From the NCBI GenBank assembly GCA_000004985.1, contig GG738899.1: a stretch of DNA of 64,000 nucleotides; one strand, given 5' to 3'. Each line of letters starts with the position of its first letter. The first letter of the stretch is position 1. The stretch comes from Naegleria gruberi (taxonomy: Eukaryota). The position numbers and the translations under genes were made by a program. Below the pieces are notes generated by a model. The model searched no databases. It was given only the letters and a program-made list of their open reading frames with translations, and had not been told where the DNA came from. Shown here piece by piece: positions 1 through 9,538 of the stretch.

Positions 1-73
1 TAATCCAAAAAGTATCCAATGTGAAACAACACTATTCAGAATAGTTTTGATCAAAATTAATGTTTTATTTTAA

Positions 74-1315
74 TTAAATTGGAATAGATTGGATATTGGT
101 AACTCTTCTCTGACCATTGATTCCAACAAGATACAACATTCCATTCACACTTGCATAAATTTCAACTGAAGTTCCACTTTCTCTTGGAACTTGCTTTACA
201 ACTTGACCATTTTCAACATTTACAATTTGAATTCCGTCTTTCAATCCAATTGCAATTAAAGTTCTCTTATCATTGAGTGCTGCAAGGTTGGTTTGGAAGT
301 TTGGGCTAGCAAGTTGCATGGCTTTGGTGATGGAAGGAAACTTTTGGGTTGCATTCAACTTGTAAATGGAAAGTGGACTATTTTCTGCTTGTTCATAACA
401 GTATGATAGGAAGGTGAGTTGAATTTCTGATGTAGAATATCCTAAACCATGACAACTTTCGAATTCTCCAGCCAACCTACTTGGTTGAACAATGTAGTTG
501 TTTTTAATCGAGTAGAAGGACAACAAATTGTTATTGTAAATGATTGAAAACCATCCATTTCCTGCATAGGCCATTTTGCCATACTCAACTGAATCATTTG
601 ACCAATCATAGTAATTGAATATTTTGCCACTACTAACATCGAGTTCCATAAATGTATTTCTAGCCAAGAAGTAAACCACACCATTGTCTTGTCTAAATAC
701 CAAATTACTAGAAATTGTAATTGGAGTTTTCCATACAATGTTCAAAGAATTGGTATCAATTGAATAAATGAATTGCTTATCTACTGAAACAAGCAATCGA
801 TTAAATTGAGGAGTAAGAATGAGTGAATCGAATTTTGATAAAGGTGGAAGTGCAATTTCTTGTTGTTGTAAGGTAAAGCTTTTGAAGTTAAACTTGTTGA
901 TAGAAATAGTTCTGGACTTGGACAAAAAGTAAACATTTCCCAAAGAATCAACTACTTTGGAACTGACTAATAGACCAATTCCTGGTCCTGTCATTTGAAA
1001 TTTTGCATAATTTCCAGAATTCATGTTCAATACCAATAGTTCATCAACTGCACGAGGTGAATCATAATAATGACCAATCATGAATCCGTTAAAAGAATCA
1101 ATAACGACATCTTCTAAAATATGTGAAAAGTTGCCAGTAAGCCATGGATTGTGCTTTGTAGAATAGGCTGCCAAATTGGAGTGAAATTCGTCCAAACCCT
1201 TTTGAGTCCAAGCATTGGAGACAACACATTGGACGCAGGATGCAACCATCAAGCAACACAATAGCAATGCAATGTTGCGCATATTTTTTTTGTTTCCTCT
1301 CGTTCCAGTTATCAT
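74..1315 (-). CDS. Secreted hypothetical protein (signal peptide, no recognisable domain)
   Basis: 413-aa ORF ending in a TAA stop. The N-terminus MRNIALLLCCLMVASCVQC is a hydrophobic signal peptide. Composition is Asn/Ser-rich and possibly beta-rich, with no catalytic motifs recognised. Confidence 0.45.
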   Translation of the reverse strand: MITGTRGNKKNMRNIALLLCCLMVASCVQCVVSNAWTQKGLDEFHSNLAAYSTKHNPWLTGNFSHILEDVVIDSFNGFMIGHYYDSPRAVDELLVLNMNSGNYAKFQMTGPGIGLLVSSKVVDSLGNVYFLSKSRTISINKFNFKSFTLQQQEIALPPLSKFDSLILTPQFNRLLVSVDKQFIYSIDTNSLNIVWKTPITISSNLVFRQDNGVVYFLARNTFMELDVSSGKIFNYYDWSNDSVEYGKMAYAGNGWFSIIYNNNLLSFYSIKNNYIVQPSRLAGEFESCHGLGYSTSEIQLTFLSYCYEQAENSPLSIYKLNATQKFPSITKAMQLASPNFQTNLAALNDKRTLIAIGLKDGIQIVNVENGQVVKQVPRESGTSVEIYASVNGMLYLVGINGQRRVTNIQSIPI

Positions 1316-1512
1316 CTTCGCTGAGATAAAAGAAACTCCGACAGATGTAGAAGCATGAACTGCAAAGATCAGCCGGGGTTACTAACTCCTTTGAGGGGGA
1401 ACATTTCTCTTTGTACGTCTCTACATGTTCGTATGTACAATTATTACTGGAAGATTAAATGAAATTCGGATGTATTGTTGCTATAAAGAAGTTGTTTTCA
1501 TTATGAACAACA

Positions 1513-1584
1513 TCCCGTGTAGTCCAATGGCTAGGATACCTGGCTTTCACCCAGGAGGTCCGGGTTCAATTCCCGGCATGGGAG
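1513..1584 (+). tRNA. tRNA-Glu (anticodon UUC)
   Basis: 72-nt cloverleaf: acceptor tcccgtg/catggga, anticodon stem cctgg/ccagg, loop cTTTCac, T-arm ccggg-ttcaatt-cccgg. It closely matches eukaryotic tRNA-Glu-TTC. A T-rich tract follows, consistent with Pol III termination. Confidence 0.85.
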
Positions 1585-1682
1585 GATAATTTTAACCTGT
1601 CTTGATAAATTCTACAGTCTTTTGCTTGTGGTTCCGAATATTTTTTCTATGTGGCTTAATTTAAAATTAATATTTAAAAAAA

Positions 1683-3173
1683 ATGATCACACAACCAAAA
1701 CATTCCATCACTTCATTTTCGAAAATACAAGAAAATAGTCCATTCTCTGACGATTCACTCTTTGAAATTTTATCTTTTCACGATGATTTTAAATTTATTG
1801 TACAGAGTTGTGCATTGGTTTCCAAACAGTGGTTTCATGTCATTAAAAATTCATGTAAACACCTCTCGATAACACGTAATAGTGATTGGGAAATGGTTGG
1901 TCAATTGCCGTTTTTGGAAAATATTGCAAATCTAAGAGTGATAAATAATGAAGTTGGATTTAATTGTGAGATATTGGATTCGATGAAAGAATTGAAAAAA
2001 CTCAATTTAGAAAATAATTCTAATATTCATCCAAGTGGATTCAAGTATATATGTTCATTGGAACAATTGACTGATCTTTATATGACTTTCTGTTATTTTA
2101 GATTGCCTATTGCTAAACATTTACCATCGTTGAAATCACTAACTTATCTTCTTATTACGGGTAATTATATTGGTGTAGAAGGAGCCAAGTATATTGGTGA
2201 AATGAAGCAATTGAAACAACTTCATATTGCTAATAATAATATTGGCCCGGAAGGAGCCAAGCATATTAGTGGCCTTGAACAATTGACTATTCTTAATATC
2301 CGTGCCAATGAAATTACTGTGGATGGAGCAAAATTTATTAGTGAAATGAAACAGTTGACTGTCCTTAACATTATTGGCAACGATATTTGTGACGAAGGAG
2401 CTAAATTTATTAGTGGAATGAAACAATTAACTAATCTTGATATTTCTGTTAATAATATAGGCGAGAACGGTGCCAAGTATGTTAGTGAAATGTTGAATAT
2501 AACCAAACTCAATATTGGTTTTAATTCTATTAATGATTGTGTTGAGTGTTTTGGCAAAATGAAACAATTAACAGATCTTAATGTGAACAGTAGCTGTATT
2601 GGATTGTGTGGAATAGTTTTCATTTCGTCATTTAATCAATTAACTCATCTTTCTATAGCTAGTAATAGTATTTCAAATTACGAGGCAAGTCACATTAGCC
2701 AAATGAAAAATGTAATTAAGCTTGACATTTCTGATAATCGTATTGGGGATAACGGAGTCCAATCTATAAGTGAAATGAACCAATTAACTGAACTTAATGT
2801 TTCTAGTATTGATATTACACCAATAGGTATACAATATATCTGTAAAATGGATAATTTAACGTATCTAATAATTGCTCATAATAACATTGGAGTGAAAGGT
2901 GCAAACCAAATCAGTGAAATGAAGCACCTAGCACAGCTTTCTATCTATAACAACGCTGTTGGAGATGAGGGAGCCAAATTTATAAGTGAAATGGAACAAT
3001 TAACTTTTCTAAATATAGGTTCCAATGAAATTGGTGACGAAGGCGTTAAAGCCCTAAGTGGAATGAAGCAATTAACAGAACTTAACACAGTTGATAACAA
3101 TATAAGTGAAGAGGGTGAAAATTACATTCGAGAAATGAATTTGACAGATCATACAGGTATTTATGATGTTTAA
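1683..3173 (+). CDS. F-box/LRR-repeat protein (RNI-type 24-residue leucine-rich repeats)
   Basis: The N-terminus has an F-box-like motif (LFEILSFHDDFKFIVQSCALVSKQWFHVI). About 14 tandem repeats of the form ...QLT.L.I..N.IG.EGAK.IS.MK... follow, which is the ribonuclease-inhibitor-like LRR pattern. It ends in a TAA stop. Confidence 0.6.
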   Translation: MITQPKHSITSFSKIQENSPFSDDSLFEILSFHDDFKFIVQSCALVSKQWFHVIKNSCKHLSITRNSDWEMVGQLPFLENIANLRVINNEVGFNCEILDSMKELKKLNLENNSNIHPSGFKYICSLEQLTDLYMTFCYFRLPIAKHLPSLKSLTYLLITGNYIGVEGAKYIGEMKQLKQLHIANNNIGPEGAKHISGLEQLTILNIRANEITVDGAKFISEMKQLTVLNIIGNDICDEGAKFISGMKQLTNLDISVNNIGENGAKYVSEMLNITKLNIGFNSINDCVECFGKMKQLTDLNVNSSCIGLCGIVFISSFNQLTHLSIASNSISNYEASHISQMKNVIKLDISDNRIGDNGVQSISEMNQLTELNVSSIDITPIGIQYICKMDNLTYLIIAHNNIGVKGANQISEMKHLAQLSIYNNAVGDEGAKFISEMEQLTFLNIGSNEIGDEGVKALSGMKQLTELNTVDNNISEEGENYIREMNLTDHTGIYDV

Positions 3174-3195
3174 GGGAAATGAACTTGATCAAGAT

Positions 3196-3493
3196 TAAAA
3201 TTCTATGAGTCCCTCATCAAGGAAGGATTTCAATTTGGCAATTTGCTCCTGTTGTTCTGATGATAATTCAGTTTCAGTAGTGGTACTTGATGGAGAAGAT
3301 TGACTTGATGATGAAGTGCCAATAATTTAGATTGTTTCATTTCGAATTGTTCTTGTGAAATGATTCCATTCTCCAAAAGTTTCTTGGCATTTGAGGTGTT
3401 TCTTGGAGAGGTTTCAACCTTTTTTGGTTGTCTCATTTTGAGGTTTTCCATAGAGTTTGTCAAAATTACACACCTTGATTTTTGACCCACCAT
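3196..3493 (-). CDS. Small ORF with SHOCT-like motif (frame appears disrupted)
   Basis: The 87-aa ORF contains KKLLENGIISQEQFEMKQSKLL, which resembles the LL..G.IT.EEFE.KK..LL consensus of SHOCT-like short helical motifs. An adjacent frame continues ...EQQEQIAKLKSFLDEGLIEF* to about 3196. It starts only 13 nt downstream of the SPRY-gene stop. Whether it is coding is uncertain. Confidence 0.2.
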
Positions 3494-3506
3494 TGTACCT
3501 TGTTAT

Positions 3507-4380
3507 TTATTGCTGGATTAGCTCAAAGTTACAATTTGCATCATAAACTCCAAATGCAGGAAACAATTCAGGTTGGTTTGGAATATTTGAAAAGGCAACT
3601 CCATAATTAACACCATTGATTGTATAGGATATTTTACCATCTTTAAATTCACATTCAACAATTGATCCATCTTGAATTTGACTGGAATTATTAGAATAAC
3701 TTTTGTTTGATTCTCCATTCTGAGAATAAATGGTTCCACTAGCAGCATACAAATAATATCCACATTTAGAAAAATTATTTGTTTCGTTTACATTAATACT
3801 TTTAGGTGCAAATCCAATTAATAGTTTAGAACAATTAGATATGAGTTTAACTTTGAAATGATTTGATTTTGTTCCTAAAACACTTGAACTCCAATCAGAA
3901 GTGTTTTTTCTCTTTAGTATAGTTGGTGTTTCCAAGACAAGATTTGCAGAACAATACTGTGGATCAAATACTACTGTTTTTGAGTTTCCTTAATTTGAGC
4001 TACTTGTATCATTCTCTAAAATAATTCCATACTTGGATTTGAGTAAACTTCTTCCTTTAGGTGGAAGAATTTCATAAATTGGTGTAATTTGATAATAGAC
4101 AACTTCTTCCAAAAAACCCAGAAGGTCATTCCCATTCAAATTTTCAACTTGGTCCTTGATGTCAATTCCTCAAATAATTTAAAATCAGTTGAAACTGCTC
4201 AAAAGGTCTATCAACAAAATAGGCATTGTCATCTTCCTCAACAGTTGGACTAAAATGATCATTGAAATATCCAGTAAAGAATGTATCCTTCACACTCTTC
4301 AATGTTTGTAAGCTAGTGGAGAATATCTTCCCACCGACGTTTAATTTTACCACTTGATTCTTTCCCAATTTACTTACCAC
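3507..4380 (-). pseudogene. KCTD-type BTB/POZ (T1) plus SPRY/B30.2-like domain gene, with frame disruptions
   Basis: Positions 4380-4162 encode a T1-type BTB domain (VKLNVGGKIFSTSLQTL...YFVDRPFEQFQLILNYLRN). Its continuation (DIKDQVENLNGNDLLGFLEEVVYYQITPIYEILPP) lies in the +1 frame with no GT..AG intron that could fix it. An in-frame TAA then precedes a C-terminal SPRY-like region (3935-3507, ...FPAFGVYDANCNFEL). This is either a pseudogene or a sequencing/assembly error. Confidence 0.45.
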
Positions 4381-4665
4381 AGAGGCAGTGAATTATTTCG
4401 ATTTTGTTACAAGGAATCTTATCCAAATCCAAATACAAAACAAATTATTTTCACAAGACACTTCCAACCCTCAAACTTTATGAATTGATTATCAATAATA
4501 TTGCTTTCCTCTTTGAGAAAATGGAGTTTGTCATATTTTGGAAATTGAGATGCAATATCTGTATCTCCACTGCGGAAATCCTGAAATTAATGAACTTGTA
4601 ATTTCGAATAAATTCTGCCCAACGTTCTTCACATTCTTCTTTCAAAAAAACAAACAACCCAAGAA

Positions 4666-5214
4666 ATGAAAGCTATCATTCTCTCCATTGTCCTCCTTGC
4701 TTTCCTTGCCATCACATCAGTCAATGGTCAATTTCTCAGATCTTCCGTTTACACTGACTCCAAATGTTCAAGCACTCTCCCAATGTTGGATCTCTACATT
4801 CCAAGTACTAACTGTACTTCCAACCCAAACTGTACTGGCAATAACATCAACACACTCTTTACCACTAGTCAATGTACTTCAACTGTTCCTTCCATTGGTT
4901 CCAAGAATACTTTACAATTATCCATTTATTCCGACACTACTTGTGCTAGTGGCAACTTGGTTGTCTCACAAATCTTCCCATTGGATACTTGTGTCGTTGT
5001 TCCAAGTGTTGGTTCTTATAAGAGTACTGCCTGTAGATATTTGACTGTTTATTCTGATAGTGTCTGTACTAATGTTAAACAAACTGTCGATTTTTCTGCA
5101 TATAATGGAGTTTGTCTTTCTGGAACTAAATATGTTTGTTCTGGAGCTGAAAAGATGATTGGATCAAGCATTTTGATGGCATTGATGATGATTTTTTCAT
5201 TCTTTACTTTTTAA
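4666..5214 (+). CDS. Cys-rich GPI-anchored surface protein, ponticulin-like
   Basis: It has a signal peptide (MKAIILSIVLLAFLAITSVNG). There are three Y..(D/S)..C......(Y/F)....C repeats. A C-terminal hydrophobic tail (GSSILMALMMIFSFFTF) follows a small-residue omega region (CSGAEK), typical of a GPI signal. Confidence 0.45.
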   Translation: MKAIILSIVLLAFLAITSVNGQFLRSSVYTDSKCSSTLPMLDLYIPSTNCTSNPNCTGNNINTLFTTSQCTSTVPSIGSKNTLQLSIYSDTTCASGNLVVSQIFPLDTCVVVPSVGSYKSTACRYLTVYSDSVCTNVKQTVDFSAYNGVCLSGTKYVCSGAEKMIGSSILMALMMIFSFFTF

Positions 5215-5449
5215 AATAAATAGTATTTTCAATAACATAAAATATTAGTTGTTATTACTTGGGAAATGTTGCATTCATCGTGATATGGCAGTAGCCGTCA
5301 CTTATTGAAAATTTGAAATTTTAAAATCAAATTCAAACCATCATCTTCAAAGAAGCTGACTTGCTTGATGGTGACATATTTGGAGTTGAAGTCAACCCAA
5401 TCCAGTTGAGTTTTCAAAACTCATTGAAATTGCCTATTTATTTTTACAG

Positions 5450-5822
5450 AGCTCTTCACTTTTGGATAACAATACCAGTATCCTCATATTCTTCTTTCAG
5501 TTATCCACATCTGCCAACAAGTTGTAATTTTAAGACCAATATGTGATTATTGTCGGATGGTTGGATGGCAATTCATATGACTTTTCAACTGAGGATGATC
5601 TAGCAGCAACCTTCATTTCAGCTTCAAAATCCAAAACAAAATAACAGAGCTTTTCCTTGATATCTCTGATAATTTCTCTTTCAGCAGTTGAATAAGTAAC
5701 CTCTTTCCATCAAAATTTTCATCAAGTAATCAGTCAAGTCACAACCAGCCAAATCCAATCTCAAAATGGCGTATGGCAAGGTATAACAGTGTGTGAAACA
5801 CCGTCACCAGAGTCCAAAACAA
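5450..5822 (-). pseudogene. Actin pseudogene fragment (5'-truncated, internally deleted, frameshifted)
   Basis: The reverse strand translates as [16 protein letters not shown]...[21 protein letters not shown]...[41 protein letters not shown], matching actin residues about 150-245. It then jumps to QMWITE..EYEDTGIVIQK*, matching the actin C-terminus ([21 protein letters not shown]). There are several frameshifts and no start codon. It begins 11 nt after the helicase stop codon. Confidence 0.7.
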
Positions 5823-5833
5823 TACCAGCACTC

Positions 5834-7954
5834 TTATTGTTTTGTTTCATGTGGTTTCAACCTTTCTATAAATGTTGAAGAGTTACTACTACTGTTATTA
5901 GTTAAATAGAGCCATTCTTTAGCCCTTGTAATTGCAACATAGAATATTCTATCCTCTTCTCCTTCATGGACAATTTGTTGCTTTTTCAGTTGTATTGGAT
6001 CTGATTTCTTGATAAGTGGCATGACACCATCTTGCACTTCTGGTACAAAAACATGTTTCCATTCTCTCCCTTTTGCTCTGTGGACAGTGCATATGTGAAT
6101 TCCCTTTCCATCTGATGAGTTATTATATGTTTCATCATTAAATGAAATAAGAGAATCAATCAGATCAGAAGTAACTAATTCATCATTTAAGCCCAATCCA
6201 TCAATTATTAGAGGATCGTCCCAATTGAATTTCTTTTGAATTGTTTCAGCAAGTTTTAAAAAAGTTGTGTTTGCTAAACCTGCTGCCAATTCGTTAATGA
6301 CTGTAAAGAAACGGATGAATTTCTCTAATTTGTCTTTCTTAGGTGCTTTTCCTTTTGTAGGTACTTTCGTACTAGGAGTTTCCTGATCCTTTAAATATTG
6401 TAAATATTTTTCAAATGATTTCTCTCCAATCCCTTTAAAATAGATGAAATGCTTAATAATCCATTTCATTGATTTTGTAAATTTTTCATCCTTGATTTCC
6501 ACACCATCACATATCAACTTCATCAGATTCAACATTACTCGGGTATCATCCTTGGCATTCTTTGAGATTGGAATCTTTTTGTTCTTGAGTATACTTTCCA
6601 ATTCGCTGGTATTAGTACTTCTTCTCATTAGTATGGCAATATCATTATAAGATACTCCCTTATTATTCAATATTTGAATTTGATTTGCAATATATTGAAA
6701 TTCTCCATCACGAGTACTAAAATTGTTTAAAGTGATAGCATCTTGGGAATCGGTTTCTATTGAATTTTCTGTTGATGTTTTCATAAATCGATTAGATGCT
6801 AACACAATTGACTTCATGCTTCTATAGTTTCTTCTGAGCTTTAATATTGTTGCAGATGGGAAATCTTCCATAATTTTGTCAAATATCTTTTCTTGAGCGC
6901 CTAAGAATGAATAGATTGCTTGATGTGGATCTCCAAATACTGAAAATCTCGTTTTCTCTCCAATAATCATTTTCATAAATTTATACTGAACTGTGGATGT
7001 ATCTTGAAACTCATCAATTAAAACATCTGAGTAATGTTGTTGATAAAAATCTCTTGAACCTTGATGATTACTCGTTAATATATAGCAAGCTTCTCTCATA
7101 AGTGAAGATAAAGTAAGCATGCTCTTGGCTATTTCTTCATATATAGTCAAGGCAGCTTTGTAATCTGAAGTTGCAAACTCATTAGCAGAGACTTCTCTTG
7201 CGTATTCATCTTGTGCCCAATCAACATATTTCTCAACAGTCTCTGTAAGTGTAACATTTTTCTTTTCTAATTGCTCTTTCATCTCCTTAATAATCGATTC
7301 TTTTGTTGAAATATATGTTTTTCCTTTAGCTCCGTATTTTCTGCAAATTGACAAGGCAAACGCATGGATAGTTTTTACATCATATCTCTTTTCCACTCCA
7401 TATTTTTGTAATCTTTCTTGAATTTCCCTAGTTGCATCTCTAGAAAATGTTACAAGCAAAAGACAAGCATTAGGATTAGTTTCAATAATCTTCTTGGCCC
7501 TAAATGTCAACACAAGTGTTTTACCACCACCTGGTGGTGCCTGTACAACAAGATATTTGGCAGAATCATTTTCAATAACACCAAGTTGATCGGCATCGAA
7601 CTTTGGCACCTCTACAACAGGTACAATTGCGTTACAGTCAATTGTTGCCTTCTTTTTCTTCTTTTGAAAAAATGGATGCAAAGGAAGGGATGAAGTAGGT
7701 GTTTCTATTATTGATGAAGGTGACACTTCTATTTGGCTCTGAGTATCATCGGGATTCTGTTCTTGCTCCTGGCTCGGAGAGGATGAAGTGGAATTTTCTT
7801 TACTTTTAAGTGGTTTGAAAAATTCAACCACGGTTTTTTGTTTTTTACTATCTGGAATTGTACTATTGGAAAGTGATTTGGATTTTCTCTTTAGAGAATT
7901 ATTTCCTGATGATTTTGATGAAGAAGGCAAGCTTTTTCTTCCCGAAGTCATCAC
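5834..7954 (-). CDS. UvrD/Rep-family (SF1) DNA helicase with Ser/Lys-rich N-terminal extension
   Basis: Motif I is LVVQAPPGGGKT and motif Ia is VTFSRDATREIQERL. Motif II is LIDEFQDTS, motif III is VFGDPHQAIYSF, and motif IV is NYRS. Motifs V and VI are HICTVHRAKGREW and YVAITRAKEWLYL. The N-terminal 90 aa is basic and Ser-rich (NLS-like). Confidence 0.85.
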   Translation of the reverse strand: MMTSGRKSLPSSSKSSGNNSLKRKSKSLSNSTIPDSKKQKTVVEFFKPLKSKENSTSSSPSQEQEQNPDDTQSQIEVSPSSIIETPTSSLPLHPFFQKKKKKATIDCNAIVPVVEVPKFDADQLGVIENDSAKYLVVQAPPGGGKTLVLTFRAKKIIETNPNACLLLVTFSRDATREIQERLQKYGVEKRYDVKTIHAFALSICRKYGAKGKTYISTKESIIKEMKEQLEKKNVTLTETVEKYVDWAQDEYAREVSANEFATSDYKAALTIYEEIAKSMLTLSSLMREACYILTSNHQGSRDFYQQHYSDVLIDEFQDTSTVQYKFMKMIIGEKTRFSVFGDPHQAIYSFLGAQEKIFDKIMEDFPSATILKLRRNYRSMKSIVLASNRFMKTSTENSIETDSQDAITLNNFSTRDGEFQYIANQIQILNNKGVSYNDIAILMRRSTNTSELESILKNKKIPISKNAKDDTRVMLNLMKLICDGVEIKDEKFTKSMKWIIKHFIYFKGIGEKSFEKYLQYLKDQETPSTKVPTKGKAPKKDKLEKFIRFFTVINELAAGLANTTFLKLAETIQKKFNWDDPLIIDGLGLNDELVTSDLIDSLISFNDETYNNSSDGKGIHICTVHRAKGREWKHVFVPEVQDGVMPLIKKSDPIQLKKQQIVHEGEEDRIFYVAITRAKEWLYLTNNSSSNSSTFIERLKPHETKQ

Positions 7955-8151
7955 GAATTTTTTTTGATTTATTTTTAATTACCTTAAACGTGATGATTGA
8001 CCATATGCAAAGGTTATTGAAATCAAGTTAATTGGATAAGCACATATTGCTCATATTAAAAGTAAATGATCATTATTTTGTAAACACCAAAAGTTGTAAA
8101 GTCAAATAGAACCCTTTTAGATCATGATGAACATTCTATCATTGATGTGGG

Positions 8152-9381
8152 TTGATTAGATCACCCGATGACAACTTTTTAAATAATCAAAAAAAAATGA
8201 TGAACACAACTGGACCTCCCTCACTCAATCTTACCATTCACTCTGGATATTCCTTACCAAAGGCTGATTTACTTTCTTCAATTGATGCCTATTGTGTTGT
8301 ATATGTTCCATTGTTGGGTGGAAAGTTGGATATTATTAAAACCAAGGTTATTGATGATAATGCCAATCCTACATGGAATGCTGCCTTGTTTCGTACAGAT
8401 GTTGATGCCAGTCGTGATATGTTGATTGAAGTTTGGGATAAAGATGCTCTCAAAGATGAAATTGTATGTCGTGTTAATGTACCTTTGCCAAGATTGTGGA
8501 ATGAAAGATATTGGAATAATCAAAAATTTGTTTTAGAATGTTTGGGAAAGCACAAACCATACAAGGGAGCATCAGAGTGTGGTCTAGTAATTTCTGCCTT
8601 CTCTCAGATTTCTTTTGCTGATCTGGTTCAAAGAGTGAATGCTCCAAATAAGTTTGTTGATCCAGTTAAGAAGATATTGGTCTATCCAATCATTGGAGTT
8701 TTGGAAGATAAGCTTTATTTGAAGGTTTCTATCACTAAACGATTCAAAGTTTCCATTCTCGATACATCCTTGAGCAGAAATTTGGCCCTATTCGAAATTG
8801 TTGGAAGAGATGTTGGCACCAAAATCATTACAGCCAAGAGTCCAAAGACCAAGTTTGGAATTACCTACAGAAGAAAACTCAAATTGAAAAAGTGTGATCC
8901 ACATGCTCTTGCCAATCTCAAACTCCTTGTTGCTGGATTAACTAAAGTTGAATCAAAGGGTGTTGATGTAATTGTTGGAGAGCATGGATGGGCTGGATCA
9001 ATGTCCTACGATCAAGCTAAAAAGACTCTACGTAATATTACAGTGGATGAACAGAAAAAGAGAATTTTCATGAATGAAGCCAACTATGCTTACATGGTTG
9101 ACTATGATAGCTCAAATTTTGATCAAAAGATTTGGTTAAAGGAAGAAGCATCTGCCAAAGGTTATCATGCTGAATTCATTTACCATAAGGGAAAGAGTTG
9201 TGTTGTCACTTCACATCAAGAACCACAGTTACAACAACATACTGGAGCTCTCTATAGATTTAGCTCACAGGTAAAGGACTCTGAATATGGAACACCATTC
9301 AAAGAATTCTCAGTTGATTTGTACCAAAGAATCAATCCTATGCAAGTAATGCTCAGTGGAACTTATCTACCATTATTGTAA
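8152..9381 (+). CDS. C2 domain-containing protein
   Basis: N-terminal C2 beta-sandwich signature: LNLTIHSGYSLPKADLLSSIDAYCVVYV...NPTWNAALFRTDVDASRDMLIEVWDKDALKDEIVCRVNVPL. The real start is probably the internal Met at about 8197 (MMNTTGPPS). The C-terminal 280 aa has no recognised domain. Confidence 0.6.
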   Translation: MIRSPDDNFLNNQKKMMNTTGPPSLNLTIHSGYSLPKADLLSSIDAYCVVYVPLLGGKLDIIKTKVIDDNANPTWNAALFRTDVDASRDMLIEVWDKDALKDEIVCRVNVPLPRLWNERYWNNQKFVLECLGKHKPYKGASECGLVISAFSQISFADLVQRVNAPNKFVDPVKKILVYPIIGVLEDKLYLKVSITKRFKVSILDTSLSRNLALFEIVGRDVGTKIITAKSPKTKFGITYRRKLKLKKCDPHALANLKLLVAGLTKVESKGVDVIVGEHGWAGSMSYDQAKKTLRNITVDEQKKRIFMNEANYAYMVDYDSSNFDQKIWLKEEASAKGYHAEFIYHKGKSCVVTSHQEPQLQQHTGALYRFSSQVKDSEYGTPFKEFSVDLYQRINPMQVMLSGTYLPLL

Positions 9382-9538
9382 TTTATTAAATTTTGTAATG
9401 GTTCGTAATAGATTCTACCAAGAGTCAAGTTGGATTCTAATTATAATGAGATTTTCGAATTTCCCAAAAGTTGTGGGAGCGTTGAAATGGTATCCATAGT
9501 TTTTTTGAATACCATACGGCGTTAAGATCTAAAAAAAA

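Noticed and set aside
442-738. Minus-strand ORF of 98 aa nested inside the 413-aa gene, and similar nested ORFs (2139-2426, 2222-2623, 6444-6650, 7418-7693, 8278-8523, 13553-13950, 17124-17309, 21601-21942)
   Set aside because: They sit in alternative frames of well-supported genes, with no motifs. They are typical chance ORFs.
1320-1470. Relatively GC-rich segment (gatcagccggggttactaactcctttgagggggaac) upstream of tRNA-Glu
   Set aside because: No convincing stem-loop or snRNA/class-I RNA conserved motif could be recognised. It most likely belongs to the promoter or 5' UTR of the divergently oriented 413-aa gene.
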